NCBI GenBank assembly: GCA_902574045.1
Contig: CACGMG010000001.1
Span: 1,919-65,918, forward strand
Source: an uncultured Pelagibacteraceae bacterium
GTDB lineage: Bacteria > Pseudomonadota > Alphaproteobacteria > Pelagibacterales > Pelagibacteraceae
Direction of reading: 5' to 3'
DNA length: 64,000 nt
The notes below the pieces were generated by a model. The model searched no databases, was not told the origin of the DNA, and worked only from the letters and a program-made list of their open reading frames with translations. Both the position numbers and the translations under genes were made by a program. Shown in pieces: positions 11,747 through 22,383 of the stretch (position 1 is the first letter of the stretch; every line of letters starts with the position of its first letter).

Positions 11747-12189
11747 TGGAATTAAATAATTTAATAAGGAATAATAAGAGTAAAATTAGAGTCGGACGTG
11801 GAATTGGTTCTGGAAGAGGAAAAACATCATCTAGAGGTCATAAAGGTCAAAAATCCCGATCAGGGGTTGCAATAAAAAGTTTTGAAGGCGGTCAGATGCC
11901 ACTATACAGACGTTTACCAAAAAGAGGGTTTAAAATTTTTAATAAATTAAACATAGCTATACTTAATTTATCGAAAATTCAAAGCATTTATGAAAAAAGT
12001 AAAAACAGTTCAATAGATCTTGTATCTTTAAAAAAAAGAAAAATTGTAAAAAAAAATTTTTCTAAACTAAAGATTTTAGGTTCAGGAGAATTGAAAGCAA
12101 AAATTGATATCACGGCAAACTATGCCTCGAAACAAGCCTTAGAAAAAGTTGCTAAAGCTGGTGGTAAAATAAATATTATCAAGAAATAG
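11746..12189 (+). CDS. rplO: 50S ribosomal protein L15
   Basis: RVGRGIGSGRGKT, FEGGQMPLYRRLPKRGF. Confidence 0.99.
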   Translation: MELNNLIRNNKSKIRVGRGIGSGRGKTSSRGHKGQKSRSGVAIKSFEGGQMPLYRRLPKRGFKIFNKLNIAILNLSKIQSIYEKSKNSSIDLVSLKKRKIVKKNFSKLKILGSGELKAKIDITANYASKQALEKVAKAGGKINIIKK

Positions 12190-12195
12190 CATATT

Positions 12196-13500
12196 ATGTC
12201 TAGTGAAAGCTTAAATACATCTGGAGCCTTTAGTCAGGCAAAAGATTTAAAAAACAGAATATTATTTACTGTTTTATTATTGATAGTTTACAGATTGGGT
12301 ACCTACGTTCCTTTGTCTGGAATAGATCCACTTGCATTAAAAGAAATTATGGCTTCAAGTCAAAAGGGTTTGTTAGGAATGTTTAATATGTTCTCTGGAG
12401 GAGCAGTGACTCGAATGGCAATATTTGCATTGGGTATTATGCCATATATTTCTTCTTCGATTATAGTCCAACTGTTAACTGGTGTATCAGATTATTTTAA
12501 AAGTTTAAAAGAACAAGGTGAAATTGGACGTAAAAAAATTACACAAATAACAAGATATGGAACTGTAATGATTGCAGCCTTACAAGGATACGGCGTATCA
12601 GTAGGCTTAGAAAATGCTGGCAATTTAGTTATAGATCCTGGAATGTCATTTAGAGTTATTACAACAATTTCATTAGTTGCTGGAACAACTTTTTTGATGT
12701 GGTTAGGAGAACAAATAACTTTAAGAGGAGTGGGGAATGGAATTTCACTAATAATTTTTTCAGGAATTGTTGCAGAGATACCTAGAGCTTTGGCTTCTAC
12801 ATTTGAATTAGGAAGAACAGGCGCGTTATCTGCTCTAATGATTGTAGGAATATTCGTTTTAATTATACTTCTCGTATTGTTTATTGTCTTTTTTGAAAGA
12901 GCAATGAGGAAAATTTTAGTTAACTATCCTAAAAGACAAGTTGGAAATAAAATGTATGGAGGCGAGTCATCCCATCTTCCTTTGAAAATTAATACAGCAG
13001 GAGTTATCCCGGCAATATTTGCATCCGCTTTACTATTATTACCAATTACTCTTACTAATTTTGGTTTTGCAGAGTCGGACATGTCAATAAGGATTTCTTC
13101 TATGTTCACTCAAGGACAACCGTTATATATGCTATTATATGCATCTGGCATAATATTCTTTTCTTTTTTTTATACATCTATTGTTTTTAATCCAAAAGAA
13201 ACAGCTGAAAATTTAAGGAAATATGGTGGATATATTCCAGGCATCAGACCTGGTGAAAGAACAGCAGAATATATAGAAACTATTCTGATACGATTAACGA
13301 CGGTTGGATCTATGTATTTAACTTTTGTTTGTTTAATGCCAGAATTTTTAATTGCAAAATATCCTATACCTTTTTATCTAGGAGGAACTTCAATTTTAAT
13401 TGTTGTTGTAGTTGCTATGGATACAGTTACTCAAGTGCAAACTAGATTGATGAGTTCTCAATACGAGTCACTAATAAAGAAGACTAAATTTGGTAAATAA
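12196..13500 (+). CDS. secY: preprotein translocase subunit SecY
   Basis: IFALGIMPYISSSII, GNGISLIIF, IPGIRPG, GGTSILIVV; multiple TM segments. Confidence 0.99.
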   Translation: MSSESLNTSGAFSQAKDLKNRILFTVLLLIVYRLGTYVPLSGIDPLALKEIMASSQKGLLGMFNMFSGGAVTRMAIFALGIMPYISSSIIVQLLTGVSDYFKSLKEQGEIGRKKITQITRYGTVMIAALQGYGVSVGLENAGNLVIDPGMSFRVITTISLVAGTTFLMWLGEQITLRGVGNGISLIIFSGIVAEIPRALASTFELGRTGALSALMIVGIFVLIILLVLFIVFFERAMRKILVNYPKRQVGNKMYGGESSHLPLKINTAGVIPAIFASALLLLPITLTNFGFAESDMSIRISSMFTQGQPLYMLLYASGIIFFSFFYTSIVFNPKETAENLRKYGGYIPGIRPGERTAEYIETILIRLTTVGSMYLTFVCLMPEFLIAKYPIPFYLGGTSILIVVVVAMDTVTQVQTRLMSSQYESLIKKTKFGK

Positions 13501-13507
13501 TTAGTTC

Positions 13508-14074
13508 ATGAATTTAATTATATTTGGTCCCCCGGGAGCTGGTAAAGGAACTCAAGCTGATTTTATAGTAAAGAAGTTTAATTTATATCAATTATCAACT
13601 GGTGAATTACTAAGAAAAGAAATTAGAAATAATACAAATTTAGGAAATCGAATTTCATCTATAATAAGCACTGGTTCTTTAGTTTCAGATGATATAGTCA
13701 AAAAATTAGTTGAAATATTTATTTCTGATGAAAAATATAAAAATAGATTAATTTTTGATGGTTATCCGAGAAATTTAACACAGGTCGAAACACTAAAAAA
13801 TTTACTAAATAAGTATGAGCAAAAAATTGACTTAGTTTTAAAACTATCTGTATCTTTGGAAACTATAAAAAAAAGAATTTCAGAAAGACAAAATTTAGAA
13901 AAAAGAGCTGATGATCAGGAAGAGACAGCAATTAAAAGATATAAGACGTATGAAAAATCAACAGAACCAGTGATTGAATATTATAAAAAATTGAATATAC
14001 TAAAAGTGATCGATGGAGAGAGGTCAATTGATCAAATAAATAAAGAAATTAGCGATATAATTAACCTTATATAG
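13508..14074 (+). CDS. adk: adenylate kinase (short-LID type)
   Basis: GPPGAGKGTQ, LSTGELLR, DGYPR, RADD; 188 aa without Zn-LID. Confidence 0.97.
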   Translation: MNLIIFGPPGAGKGTQADFIVKKFNLYQLSTGELLRKEIRNNTNLGNRISSIISTGSLVSDDIVKKLVEIFISDEKYKNRLIFDGYPRNLTQVETLKNLLNKYEQKIDLVLKLSVSLETIKKRISERQNLEKRADDQEETAIKRYKTYEKSTEPVIEYYKKLNILKVIDGERSIDQINKEISDIINLI

Positions 14075-14076
14075 AG

Positions 14077-14110
14077 TTGACTTTAAATAATTAGGCAATA
14101 TAAATACGGC
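14077..14110 (+). promoter_or_regulatory. putative sigma70 promoter of alpha operon
   Basis: TTGACT (14077-14082), TATAAAT (14099-14105), then ACGGC as in the rpsL promoter. Confidence 0.55.
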
Positions 14111-14134
14111 TTTGAAACTTTAAATCATTATAAT

Positions 14135-14518
14135 ATGGCTCGAATAGCAGGAATAAATATTCCACAAAACAAAATTGTAAGTATAGCTTTAACTTATATC
14201 CATGGTATAGGACCTTTTTCTTCAAAGAAGATATGTCAAAAACTGGATATTCCAGCCTCAAAGAGAGTAAATGAATTAACAGAAGAACAAGTATTAAAAA
14301 TTAGAGAATTTATAGACGCTAATCATAAAGTAGAGGGAGATTTAAGACGAGAAATCTCAGTGAATATAAAAAGACTTGTTGACTTGGCGTGTTATAGGGG
14401 AACAAGGCATAAAAAGAAATTACCAGTAAGAGGACAAAGAACTCAATGTAACGCGAGAACTCGTAAAGGAAAAGCGATCGCTATAGCTGGAAAAAAATTA
14501 ACTCCACTTAAAAAATAA
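14135..14518 (+). CDS. rpsM: 30S ribosomal protein S13
   Basis: [22 protein letters not shown]. Confidence 0.99.
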   Translation: MARIAGINIPQNKIVSIALTYIHGIGPFSSKKICQKLDIPASKRVNELTEEQVLKIREFIDANHKVEGDLRREISVNIKRLVDLACYRGTRHKKKLPVRGQRTQCNARTRKGKAIAIAGKKLTPLKK

Positions 14519-14527
14519 AAAAAGTTG

Positions 14528-14977
14528 ATGAATAAAAAAGAAGAAAAATTAGAAAAAAAAGTTGAGACTAAAAAAGTTGAAGTTGTTAAAAAAGAAAGTA
14601 CTTTTAAAAAAAAGAAAAAAATTAAGAGAAATATAACTTCTGGCATTGCATATGTTTATTCAACTTTTAATAATACAATAATTTCAATTGCAGATGAGAG
14701 CGGAAATGTAGTTTCCTGGTCTTCAGCAGGAGCTAAAGGTTTTAAAGGTTCCAGAAAGTCAACACCTTACGCAGCACAAGTAGCAGCAGACGACGCAGGG
14801 GCAAAAGCCTATGAGCAAGGATTAAGAACATTAACAGTTGAAGTAAAGGGCCCAGGATCTGGTCGAGAAACTGCTTTAAGATCATTACAGTCTAGAGGAT
14901 TTAAAATTTTATCTATTACAGACAAAACACCCATGCCCCATAATGGAGCACGACCACCTAAAAGAAGGAGAGTATAA
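14528..14977 (+). CDS. rpsK: 30S ribosomal protein S11 (Lys/Glu-rich N-terminal extension)
   Basis: [33 protein letters not shown]. Confidence 0.98.
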   Translation: MNKKEEKLEKKVETKKVEVVKKESTFKKKKKIKRNITSGIAYVYSTFNNTIISIADESGNVVSWSSAGAKGFKGSRKSTPYAAQVAADDAGAKAYEQGLRTLTVEVKGPGSGRETALRSLQSRGFKILSITDKTPMPHNGARPPKRRRV

Positions 14978-16012
14978 ATGCAAACAACATCAAATGTCAT
15001 CGATAAAAACTGGAAAGCATTAATTAAACCAAATAAATTAGAAATTACTAGTAACGAAGATAAAACAGTAGCCAAAGTGATAGCTGAACCACTAGAAAAA
15101 GGTTTTGGACAAACTATTGGAAATTCACTTAGAAGAATATTGTTGTCATCAATACAAGGCGCAGCTGTTACCGCTATACAGATTGATGGTGTTTTACATG
15201 AGTTTTCTTCTATTAAAGGAGTAAGAGAGGACGTTACAGATATAGTTCTTAATGTAAAAAATTTAGCAATTAAATCTACTTCAACTAACTCAAAAAAAAT
15301 AATTTTAGATATTAAAGGACCTAAAGAGGTTAAAGCCAAAGACATAACTTTGGTTCCAGAAATAGAAATCTTAAATCCTGAACAAACTATTTGTAATCTT
15401 GATGAAAAAACTAATTTTCATATGGAACTTATGATTAGTACAGGAAAAGGATATGTTTCAGCTCCTAAAAATAAATCTGAAGACAGTCCTTTAGGATTAA
15501 TTTCAATTGACTCTTTATTTAGTCCTGTAAAAAAAGTTTCATTTTCAGTTGAAAATACTAGAGAAGGTAGCGCCTTAGATTATGATAAACTGGTTATGAC
15601 AGTTGAAACAAATGGCACAGTAGCAGCAGAAGATGCAATAGCTTATTCAGCTAGAATTTTTCAGGATCAATTATCTATGTTTGTAAATTTCGAGGATCCT
15701 CAAGAGGTCGTGAAAGAAGTAAAATCAACAGAACCAGAATTCAATAGAAATTTATTAAAACGTGTAGAAGAACTTGAGCTTTCTGTAAGATCAATGAATT
15801 GTCTCAAAAATGATAATATAATTTACATTGGAGATTTAGTTCAAAAAACTGAACCAGAAATGTTAAGAACTCCTAATTTTGGTAGAAAATCTTTAAATGA
15901 AATAAAAGAAGTTTTGAACACAATGTCACTATATTTGGGAATGGAAATACCAAACTGGCCTCCAGATAATATAGCAGAGTTATCAAAGAAATTAGAGGAA
16001 AATAACTATTAA
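14978..16012 (+). CDS. rpoA: RNA polymerase alpha subunit
   Basis: [43 protein letters not shown]. Confidence 0.99.
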   Translation: MQTTSNVIDKNWKALIKPNKLEITSNEDKTVAKVIAEPLEKGFGQTIGNSLRRILLSSIQGAAVTAIQIDGVLHEFSSIKGVREDVTDIVLNVKNLAIKSTSTNSKKIILDIKGPKEVKAKDITLVPEIEILNPEQTICNLDEKTNFHMELMISTGKGYVSAPKNKSEDSPLGLISIDSLFSPVKKVSFSVENTREGSALDYDKLVMTVETNGTVAAEDAIAYSARIFQDQLSMFVNFEDPQEVVKEVKSTEPEFNRNLLKRVEELELSVRSMNCLKNDNIIYIGDLVQKTEPEMLRTPNFGRKSLNEIKEVLNTMSLYLGMEIPNWPPDNIAELSKKLEENNY

Positions 16013-16461
16013 TGCGACACGGTATTGGCTATAGAAAACTAAATAAGACAAGTGAGCACCGGAAAGCTATGTTTAAAAATATGCTTAACTCTCTTATTAA
16101 GTATGAACAAATTGTTACAACTTTACCGAAGGCTAAAGAGTTAAAACCCCAAATAGATAAAGTAATTACAATTGGAAAAAAAAATATTTTAAGTAATAAA
16201 AAGCGACTCTTTTCGAAATTACAAAATAAAAATTCTGTTTCTAAGGTTTTTGATGAACTTTCCAAAAGGTATCTTTCAAGAAAAGGTGGTTATTCTAGAG
16301 TTTTAAGAGCAGGTTTTAGAACAGGTGATGACGCTCCAATGGCTGTTATTGAGTTAGTTGATAGAAATCCTGAAGCAAAAAAAATAGATAAACCAAAAAA
16401 AATAGAAAAAAAAGAAAAATCTACAGAAAAACAACCTGATACAAAAGTAGCAACTAAATAA
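16012..16461 (+). CDS. rplQ: 50S ribosomal protein L17
   Basis: MRHG, TTLPKAKE, GGYSRV, GDDAPMAVIEL. Confidence 0.99.
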   Translation: MRHGIGYRKLNKTSEHRKAMFKNMLNSLIKYEQIVTTLPKAKELKPQIDKVITIGKKNILSNKKRLFSKLQNKNSVSKVFDELSKRYLSRKGGYSRVLRAGFRTGDDAPMAVIELVDRNPEAKKIDKPKKIEKKEKSTEKQPDTKVATK

Positions 16462-16473
16462 TTTTAGTTCTAT

Positions 16474-17391
16474 ATGCCAAAGTCTTATACAGTCGAAAAA
16501 GATTATAATAATTCTAGATTTGACAGATGGTTTAAAACAAAAATTGTAGACGTTCCGCAGTCTTTAATACAAAAGATTATTAGGCTTAATAAAGTAAAAA
16601 TTAATAACAAAAAAACAAAAACATCTTATCGACTCCAAACAGGAGATATAATTGATGTATTTGATATCTCAAAATTCAAACCTAATGAAAAAAAAAGAAT
16701 TGTTAAATATAAACCATCTAGAAAAGAGGTTGATGCTTATGATGACTATATTCTAGAAAATAATGAAAACTTCATTGTAATAAACAAACCAGCTGGTATA
16801 GCAGTTCAATCTGGAACAAAATCATTTAGAAATATTATTGATGTTTTAAAAGATACAAAATATTTCTTAGATAAAAAACCTTTTATAGTTCATCGATTAG
16901 ATAAAGAAACTTCGGGGGTTTTAATAATTGCTAAAAATAGAGAATATGCACAATTATTCACATCTCTATTTAGAATCAGAAAAATTCACAAAACTTATAT
17001 AGCTTTAACACATGGGAATGTAACCAGACATAAGACCATATTAAAAGACAAATTAACTATTTATGAAAATGGAAGAAAAATTGTTCAAAATGCAATTTCA
17101 AACATTAAGGTTTTAAAGAAAACGGAAAATTACAGTTATGTTGAATTAAATCCTATTACTGGTAGAAAACATCAATTGAGAAAACAGCTTTATAATTTAG
17201 GAAATCCAATTATTGGAGATGATAAATATTTTATTAGAAAAAGACTCTTAGATAAAAATGACAAAAATAATAATTTAATGTTACATGCTTACAAGATAAA
17301 ATTTATGATTAATAATATTCAGTTTAATTTTAAAGCTCCTTATAACAAAAATTTTGAAAATTTTCTTAAAAAAAAATTTAAATCTTTTTAA
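16474..17391 (+). CDS. RluA-family pseudouridine synthase with S4 domain (RluC/RluD-like)
   Basis: NKPAGI, catalytic VHRLDKETSG, TGRKHQLR, PIIGD, LHAY. Confidence 0.93.
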   Translation: MPKSYTVEKDYNNSRFDRWFKTKIVDVPQSLIQKIIRLNKVKINNKKTKTSYRLQTGDIIDVFDISKFKPNEKKRIVKYKPSRKEVDAYDDYILENNENFIVINKPAGIAVQSGTKSFRNIIDVLKDTKYFLDKKPFIVHRLDKETSGVLIIAKNREYAQLFTSLFRIRKIHKTYIALTHGNVTRHKTILKDKLTIYENGRKIVQNAISNIKVLKKTENYSYVELNPITGRKHQLRKQLYNLGNPIIGDDKYFIRKRLLDKNDKNNNLMLHAYKIKFMINNIQFNFKAPYNKNFENFLKKKFKSF

Positions 17392-17989
17392 AATTTTTTA
17401 AAAAAATTTCTTTAAGTTTTTTATTTACATTTTTTGCCTTAATCTTTTTTTCATTAAAAATAGAAGTTACCTTTTTATTATCTAAACCACATGGTATAAT
17501 TTTAGAATATTGACCTAAATCATTTGATATATTTATTGAACATCCATGATAAACAATCCATCTTGAAATTCTTAATCCAATCGCAGCAATTTTTTTTTTT
17601 TTAACCCATATTCCAATATTTTTTCTGTCAGGTTTTCCTTTTATCTTATAAAAATTTAAAAACTCGACTATACTTTTTTCTATTATTTCAATAAGTCTCC
17701 TAATATCTTTTTTTCTTTTGTTTAAATTAAGCACAAAATATATAATTTTTTGTCCTGGGTTATGTAAAGTAATTTTTCCACCTCTATTAGTTTTAACGAC
17801 TTTTATTCGTTTATCTAATATTTCGTTTTTATTAAATCTTATACCGGCTGTGTATGTAGTTGGATGTTCTAAAATCCATAATAGTTCTTTTTTTTTGTTT
17901 TTTTTTAATTCATTTATACGTTTATCCATAAAGAGCATAGCTTTTTTGTAGGAAATGGGTCTTTTACTTATTTTAATTTCTATGTTCAT
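17378..17989 (-). CDS. lipB: lipoyl(octanoyl) transferase
   Basis: LEHPTTYTAG, RGGKITLHNPGQ, KIAAIG, HG, IIPCGL. Confidence 0.96.
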   Translation of the reverse strand: MNIEIKISKRPISYKKAMLFMDKRINELKKNKKKELLWILEHPTTYTAGIRFNKNEILDKRIKVVKTNRGGKITLHNPGQKIIYFVLNLNKRKKDIRRLIEIIEKSIVEFLNFYKIKGKPDRKNIGIWVKKKKIAAIGLRISRWIVYHGCSINISNDLGQYSKIIPCGLDNKKVTSIFNEKKIKAKNVNKKLKEIFLKNFKKI

Positions 17990-18048
17990 TTAGTTTGAAT
18001 TTTATCATTATATGGACTATTAGTCTCAAAAAACAATGAGAGGTTTTT

Positions 18049-19428
18049 ATGACTTTATTAAAATCTACAGGAGATAAAAGGGTCAATCTTGATTTTAACA
18101 AAGAATTTATTAATACTTTTAGTGAAAAAATTCTTTCTAGAGATATTCAATTTATTAATCAAACACTAAAAGATCTTCATGAATCTGATGTAGCAAATCT
18201 AATTGAGAATTTAACTAATGAAACTAGAATTAAATTAATTGAATTAGAAGAGTTTAATTTAGAGCCAGATATATTTATTGAATTAAATGAGTCTATACAA
18301 AGTGAAGTTCTCCAACTTTTATCTTTAGAATCAATCATAAAGATAATAAAAAGACTCGAGTCTGATGATTCTATAAAGATATTAGAAAATCTTGAAAAAG
18401 ATAAAAAAGAGTTAATTTTAGACAAACTTCCACCTAAGGATAAATTTCTCTTAGAAGAGGGTTTAAGCTACCCAGAAGACTCTGCAGCGCGAATTATGCA
18501 AAGAGAATTTACTGCAGTGCCAAATAATTGGAGTGTAGGTCAAACAATAGATTATTTAAGAGAAAATAAAGACTTACCAAAAGAATTTTTAGAGATTTTT
18601 ATAGTAGATAACGAATTTAAACCTGTAGGGACAGTTCCTTCCTCAAGAGTTTTACGAACTTCTAGAGATCTAAAAATGAGTTCTATTATGAGAGAAATGC
18701 CAGTTTTAATATCCGTTAATATGGATAAAGAAGAAGTGGGTCATACATTTGAAAACTACAATTTAGTTTCAGCTGGCGTTGTAAATAAAGACAACAAACT
18801 TGTTGGAATGATTACAGCAGATGACGTAGTGACAGTGGTTCAAGAAGAAGCTGAAGAAGATGCTTTAAGACTAGCAGGTGTTGGGGACGAAGAAATAACA
18901 GATAGTGTGATTGTCAAAACTAAAAGAAGATTTAATTGGCTGTTACTAAATTTATTTACTGCTTTATTAGCTACTTGGGTGATTAGTAATTTTGGAGCAT
19001 CCATTGAACAAATGGTTGCTTTAGCTTTTCTCATGCCAATTGTTGCGTCCATGGGTGGAAATGCAGGTATGCAAACTCTGGCTGTTACTATCAGAGCAAT
19101 AGCCAAAAAAGAGTTATCAACCAGTAACTTTAATAGAGTTGTTGGTAAGGAGTTTATAATTGGAGTGTTAAACGGAGTAATTTTCGCAATTATAACAGCT
19201 ATTATAGTTCAATTTTGGTTTAAAGATATTAACCTTTCATTACTAATTGGTGTTTCAATGATTTTAAACATGATTGTAGCTGGCCTATTTGGAATTTTAG
19301 TGCCAGTATCATTAAAAAAAATAAATGTGGATCCAGCATTAGCGTCGAGTGTTTTTGTAACTACAATCACTGATGTAATAGGTTTTTTATCGTTTTTAGG
19401 ATTGGGTTCTTACTATTTTCTAAATTAA
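18049..19428 (+). CDS. mgtE: magnesium transporter MgtE
   Basis: N-domain, CBS pair, PIVASMGGNAG, DPALAS..VTTITDV. Confidence 0.97.
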   Translation: MTLLKSTGDKRVNLDFNKEFINTFSEKILSRDIQFINQTLKDLHESDVANLIENLTNETRIKLIELEEFNLEPDIFIELNESIQSEVLQLLSLESIIKIIKRLESDDSIKILENLEKDKKELILDKLPPKDKFLLEEGLSYPEDSAARIMQREFTAVPNNWSVGQTIDYLRENKDLPKEFLEIFIVDNEFKPVGTVPSSRVLRTSRDLKMSSIMREMPVLISVNMDKEEVGHTFENYNLVSAGVVNKDNKLVGMITADDVVTVVQEEAEEDALRLAGVGDEEITDSVIVKTKRRFNWLLLNLFTALLATWVISNFGASIEQMVALAFLMPIVASMGGNAGMQTLAVTIRAIAKKELSTSNFNRVVGKEFIIGVLNGVIFAIITAIIVQFWFKDINLSLLIGVSMILNMIVAGLFGILVPVSLKKINVDPALASSVFVTTITDVIGFLSFLGLGSYYFLN

Positions 19429-20225
19429 AAATTATCAATTAATCGAACATTACCTAAATAGTAAGCAATAAAAATTTTTGTATTTTTGTTAATTAAACTT
19501 GTTTTTTTATAAGTTTTTAAATTATAAATTTCCAAATAATCAATTTTTTTTACCCCGAAATTTTTAATATCTTCTTTCATTTTGTTAATGTTAACAACAT
19601 GTCTTTTTTTTAATCTATTTAAATAAACATAAATTTTTGATCCTATTCTGGCTTGCTTTTTGTTAAGAAGTTTATTTCTTGTAGAGCAAGCCATTCCATT
19701 TTTTTCTCTTATTGTGTTACATTTGACAACTAGAGTTTTTATTCCTTTTTTAGTTACATGTCGTTTTATCAAGTAAAGTTGTTGATAATCTTTAGCTCCT
19801 AAAAGTATTCTTTTAGGATTGATAATTTCTAATAATCTATTGATAATATTTAGAACACCTTCGAAATGTCCTTTTCTGAAAGAACCACATAATTTTTTTG
19901 AGAAATTATCTAAGTATATATTATTTTTTGGTTTAAATGAAAAAATTTCCTTTTTATTAGGAATAAAAACGTAGTCAACTTTTAAATTTTTAAGTATAGA
20001 AAGATCTTTATTTAAACTGCGAGGATAATTTAAATAATCTTTTTTATTATTAAATTGTTTTGGGTTAACAAAAATTGAAACAATATTTTTACCTTTAAAT
20101 TTATTTGATTTCTTGATTAAAGATATATGACCTTTATGTAAACCACCCATTGTCGGTACAAAAGATAAGTTTTTTTGATTTAAGATGGCTTTTTGTAATT
20201 TATGTTTATTTTTAAATATTTTCAT
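19425..20225 (-). CDS. panC: pantoate--beta-alanine ligase
   Basis: FVPTMGGLHKGH, VSIFVNPKQF, RKGHFEGV, KDYQQ, VRLIDN. Confidence 0.96.
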   Translation of the reverse strand: MKIFKNKHKLQKAILNQKNLSFVPTMGGLHKGHISLIKKSNKFKGKNIVSIFVNPKQFNNKKDYLNYPRSLNKDLSILKNLKVDYVFIPNKKEIFSFKPKNNIYLDNFSKKLCGSFRKGHFEGVLNIINRLLEIINPKRILLGAKDYQQLYLIKRHVTKKGIKTLVVKCNTIREKNGMACSTRNKLLNKKQARIGSKIYVYLNRLKKRHVVNINKMKEDIKNFGVKKIDYLEIYNLKTYKKTSLINKNTKIFIAYYLGNVRLIDNF

Positions 20226-20263
20226 TTCTTTATTGTAATGATAATAACTATTATAAGAATCAT

Positions 20264-21082
20264 ATGATAAAACAAGCTATTATTCCATTAGCTGGATTAG
20301 GTACTCGAATGCTTCCTTTAACGAGCGTGATGCCAAAAGAACTTCTACCAATTAATGGAAAACCAAATTTAGAATATATCTTAGAAGAATGTTTAAATGC
20401 TGGTGTAAGAGAATTCATATTTATAATTTCAAAAAAAAAATCGTCTATAAAAAAATATTTCTTTAACGATAATTTTTATAAGAAAATTATTAAGAAAAAG
20501 AAGGATAAAAGAATAATAGAAGAATATAAAAAGATTAAGAAGTATCAAAAAATGATTAAATTTGTATATCAAAATAGCCCTAAAGGTACAGGTGATGCGG
20601 TGTTAAGGTGTAGAAAATTTATTAAAAATAAATTTTTTCTAATGCTATTACCAGATGACCTTATAGTTAAACATAATTGTTCTAAAGAAATGATTAGATT
20701 ACATAAGATCACAAATGGTTCAGTGATAGCTACAAAAAGAGTAAAAAGAAAAACTGTATCTAGATGGGGAATTCTATCATTAAAAAATAAGAAAAAAAGT
20801 TATTTTCAAATCAATGATGTTGTTGAAAAGCCTAGTATCAAAAAAGCGCCATCAAATTTTGCAATTATAGGAAGATATATTTTAACTTCAAAAATATTTG
20901 GAGAGATTAAAAGATTAAAGCCAGGTCAAGGAGGAGAAATACACATTACAGACGCAATTAAAAGTCTAATATATAAAAAAAATAAATTTTATGGAAATAT
21001 TTTTAAAGGTAAATATTTAGATTGTGGAACCTTAAGTGGGTATATTGACTCGGGAATTCAAATTAATAAAGGTAAAAAATGA
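20264..21082 (+). CDS. galU: UTP--glucose-1-phosphate uridylyltransferase
   Basis: PLAGLGTRMLP, PKELLP, VEKP, GRYIL, EIHITDAI, DCG; adjacent to ugd. Confidence 0.9.
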   Translation: MIKQAIIPLAGLGTRMLPLTSVMPKELLPINGKPNLEYILEECLNAGVREFIFIISKKKSSIKKYFFNDNFYKKIIKKKKDKRIIEEYKKIKKYQKMIKFVYQNSPKGTGDAVLRCRKFIKNKFFLMLLPDDLIVKHNCSKEMIRLHKITNGSVIATKRVKRKTVSRWGILSLKNKKKSYFQINDVVEKPSIKKAPSNFAIIGRYILTSKIFGEIKRLKPGQGGEIHITDAIKSLIYKKNKFYGNIFKGKYLDCGTLSGYIDSGIQINKGKK

Positions 21083-22383
21083 AATTGTGTATGATAGGCA
21101 CAGGTTATGTTGGTTTAGTTAGCGGTACTTGTTTTGCAGATATTGGTAATCAAGTAATATGTGCTGATAAAAATCAAGACAAAATAAAAAAACTTAAATC
21201 TGGAATATCTCCAATTTATGAGCCTGGTCTAAATGAATTAATAAAAAAAAATTATCTAGCAAAAAGATTATCTTTTACCACTGATATTAAGCAGGCTATA
21301 ACTTCTTCAGATATAGTATTTATCTGTGTAGGCACACCTACAAAAAAAGGATCACTTAATGTTGATTTATCATATGTATATAAATGTTGTAAAGAAATTC
21401 TTAAATATACAAAAAAAAAGAAAATTCTTGTGACTAAATCTACTGTGCCAGTTGGCACAGGTGATGAAATTGAAAAAATATTTAAGAAAAAGAAAAGTTT
21501 ATTTACTGTAATTTCTAACCCAGAATTTCTAAGAGAAGGAGAAGCGATACGCGATTTTAAATATCCGGACAGGATAGTAGTTGGATCAAATGAAAAAAAA
21601 ATATTTAGTACAATGAGAAAATTATACTCTCCTTTAATAAGCAAAGGATCAAAATTCTTTACTACGTCAAGAAGGGGAGCTGAATTAATTAAATATGCAT
21701 CTAATGCCTTTCTTGCTACCAAAATTACATTTATAAATGAATTAGCAAATTTATGCGAAAAATCAGAAGTAAATGTTGAAGATATTTCTTTAGGAATAGG
21801 ATCCGATAGCAGAATTGGAGGCAGGTTTTTACGAGCTGGACCCGCTTATGGTGGCTCATGCTTCCCCAAAGACACTAAAGGATTAGTGTCCACTGCTGAA
21901 AAATATAAGATTAATCTTTCTGTAGTAAAATCTGTCATTAAATCTAACTCTGAAAGGGTTAATTTATTAACTTATAGAATACATAAAATTCTCGGTTCAA
22001 ATTTAAAAAACAAAAGAATTTCCTTTTTAGGAGTAACATTTAAACCTAATACGGATGATATGAGAGACTCAACAAGCTTAAAGATGATACCTTATTTAAG
22101 TAAGAAAGGTGCAATTATTAGCTATTATGATCCCTCTGGTGAAAAAAAAGAATTTAAGAATGTCAAAAATTGTTATTTCAAAAATAATATAAAAAATAAT
22201 TGCCTTGATGCTCATTTGATCGTTTTACTTACTGAATGGGACGAATTTAAAACTATTGATTTCAAAAAAATAGTCAAAAACAAAAATTTTAAAGTTTATG
22301 ATTTAAGAAACCTCTATAATATTAATGAAATGAAACGTAATAAAATCGAATATTATTCAGTAGGCCGACCACTCTCTAATTAA
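21079..22383 (+). CDS. ugd: UDP-glucose 6-dehydrogenase
   Basis: GTGYVG, NPEFLREG, YGGSCFPKD, FKPNTDDMR. Confidence 0.96.
   Translation: MKLCMIGTGYVGLVSGTCFADIGNQVICADKNQDKIKKLKSGISPIYEPGLNELIKKNYLAKRLSFTTDIKQAITSSDIVFICVGTPTKKGSLNVDLSYVYKCCKEILKYTKKKKILVTKSTVPVGTGDEIEKIFKKKKSLFTVISNPEFLREGEAIRDFKYPDRIVVGSNEKKIFSTMRKLYSPLISKGSKFFTTSRRGAELIKYASNAFLATKITFINELANLCEKSEVNVEDISLGIGSDSRIGGRFLRAGPAYGGSCFPKDTKGLVSTAEKYKINLSVVKSVIKSNSERVNLLTYRIHKILGSNLKNKRISFLGVTFKPNTDDMRDSTSLKMIPYLSKKGAIISYYDPSGEKKEFKNVKNCYFKNNIKNNCLDAHLIVLLTEWDEFKTIDFKKIVKNKNFKVYDLRNLYNINEMKRNKIEYYSVGRPLSN

Noticed and set aside
13501-14977. Absence of infA, rpmJ and rpsD from the adk-rpsM-rpsK-rpoA region
   Set aside because: This is the normal alphaproteobacterial arrangement
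14809-15345. 178-aa antisense ORF over rpsK/rpoA, and similar shadow ORFs (1536-1832, 2448-2777, 4257-4601, 6239-6607, 9588-9965, 21252-21722, 24620-24898, 54765-55187)
   Set aside because: They lie opposite well-conserved genes, are Phe/Leu/Ser-rich mirrors of Lys-rich codons, and show no recognisable motifs
17350-17420. A/T-only inverted repeats at the rluA/lipB junction
   Set aside because: Explained by Lys/Phe codons on both strands; no stable GC stem
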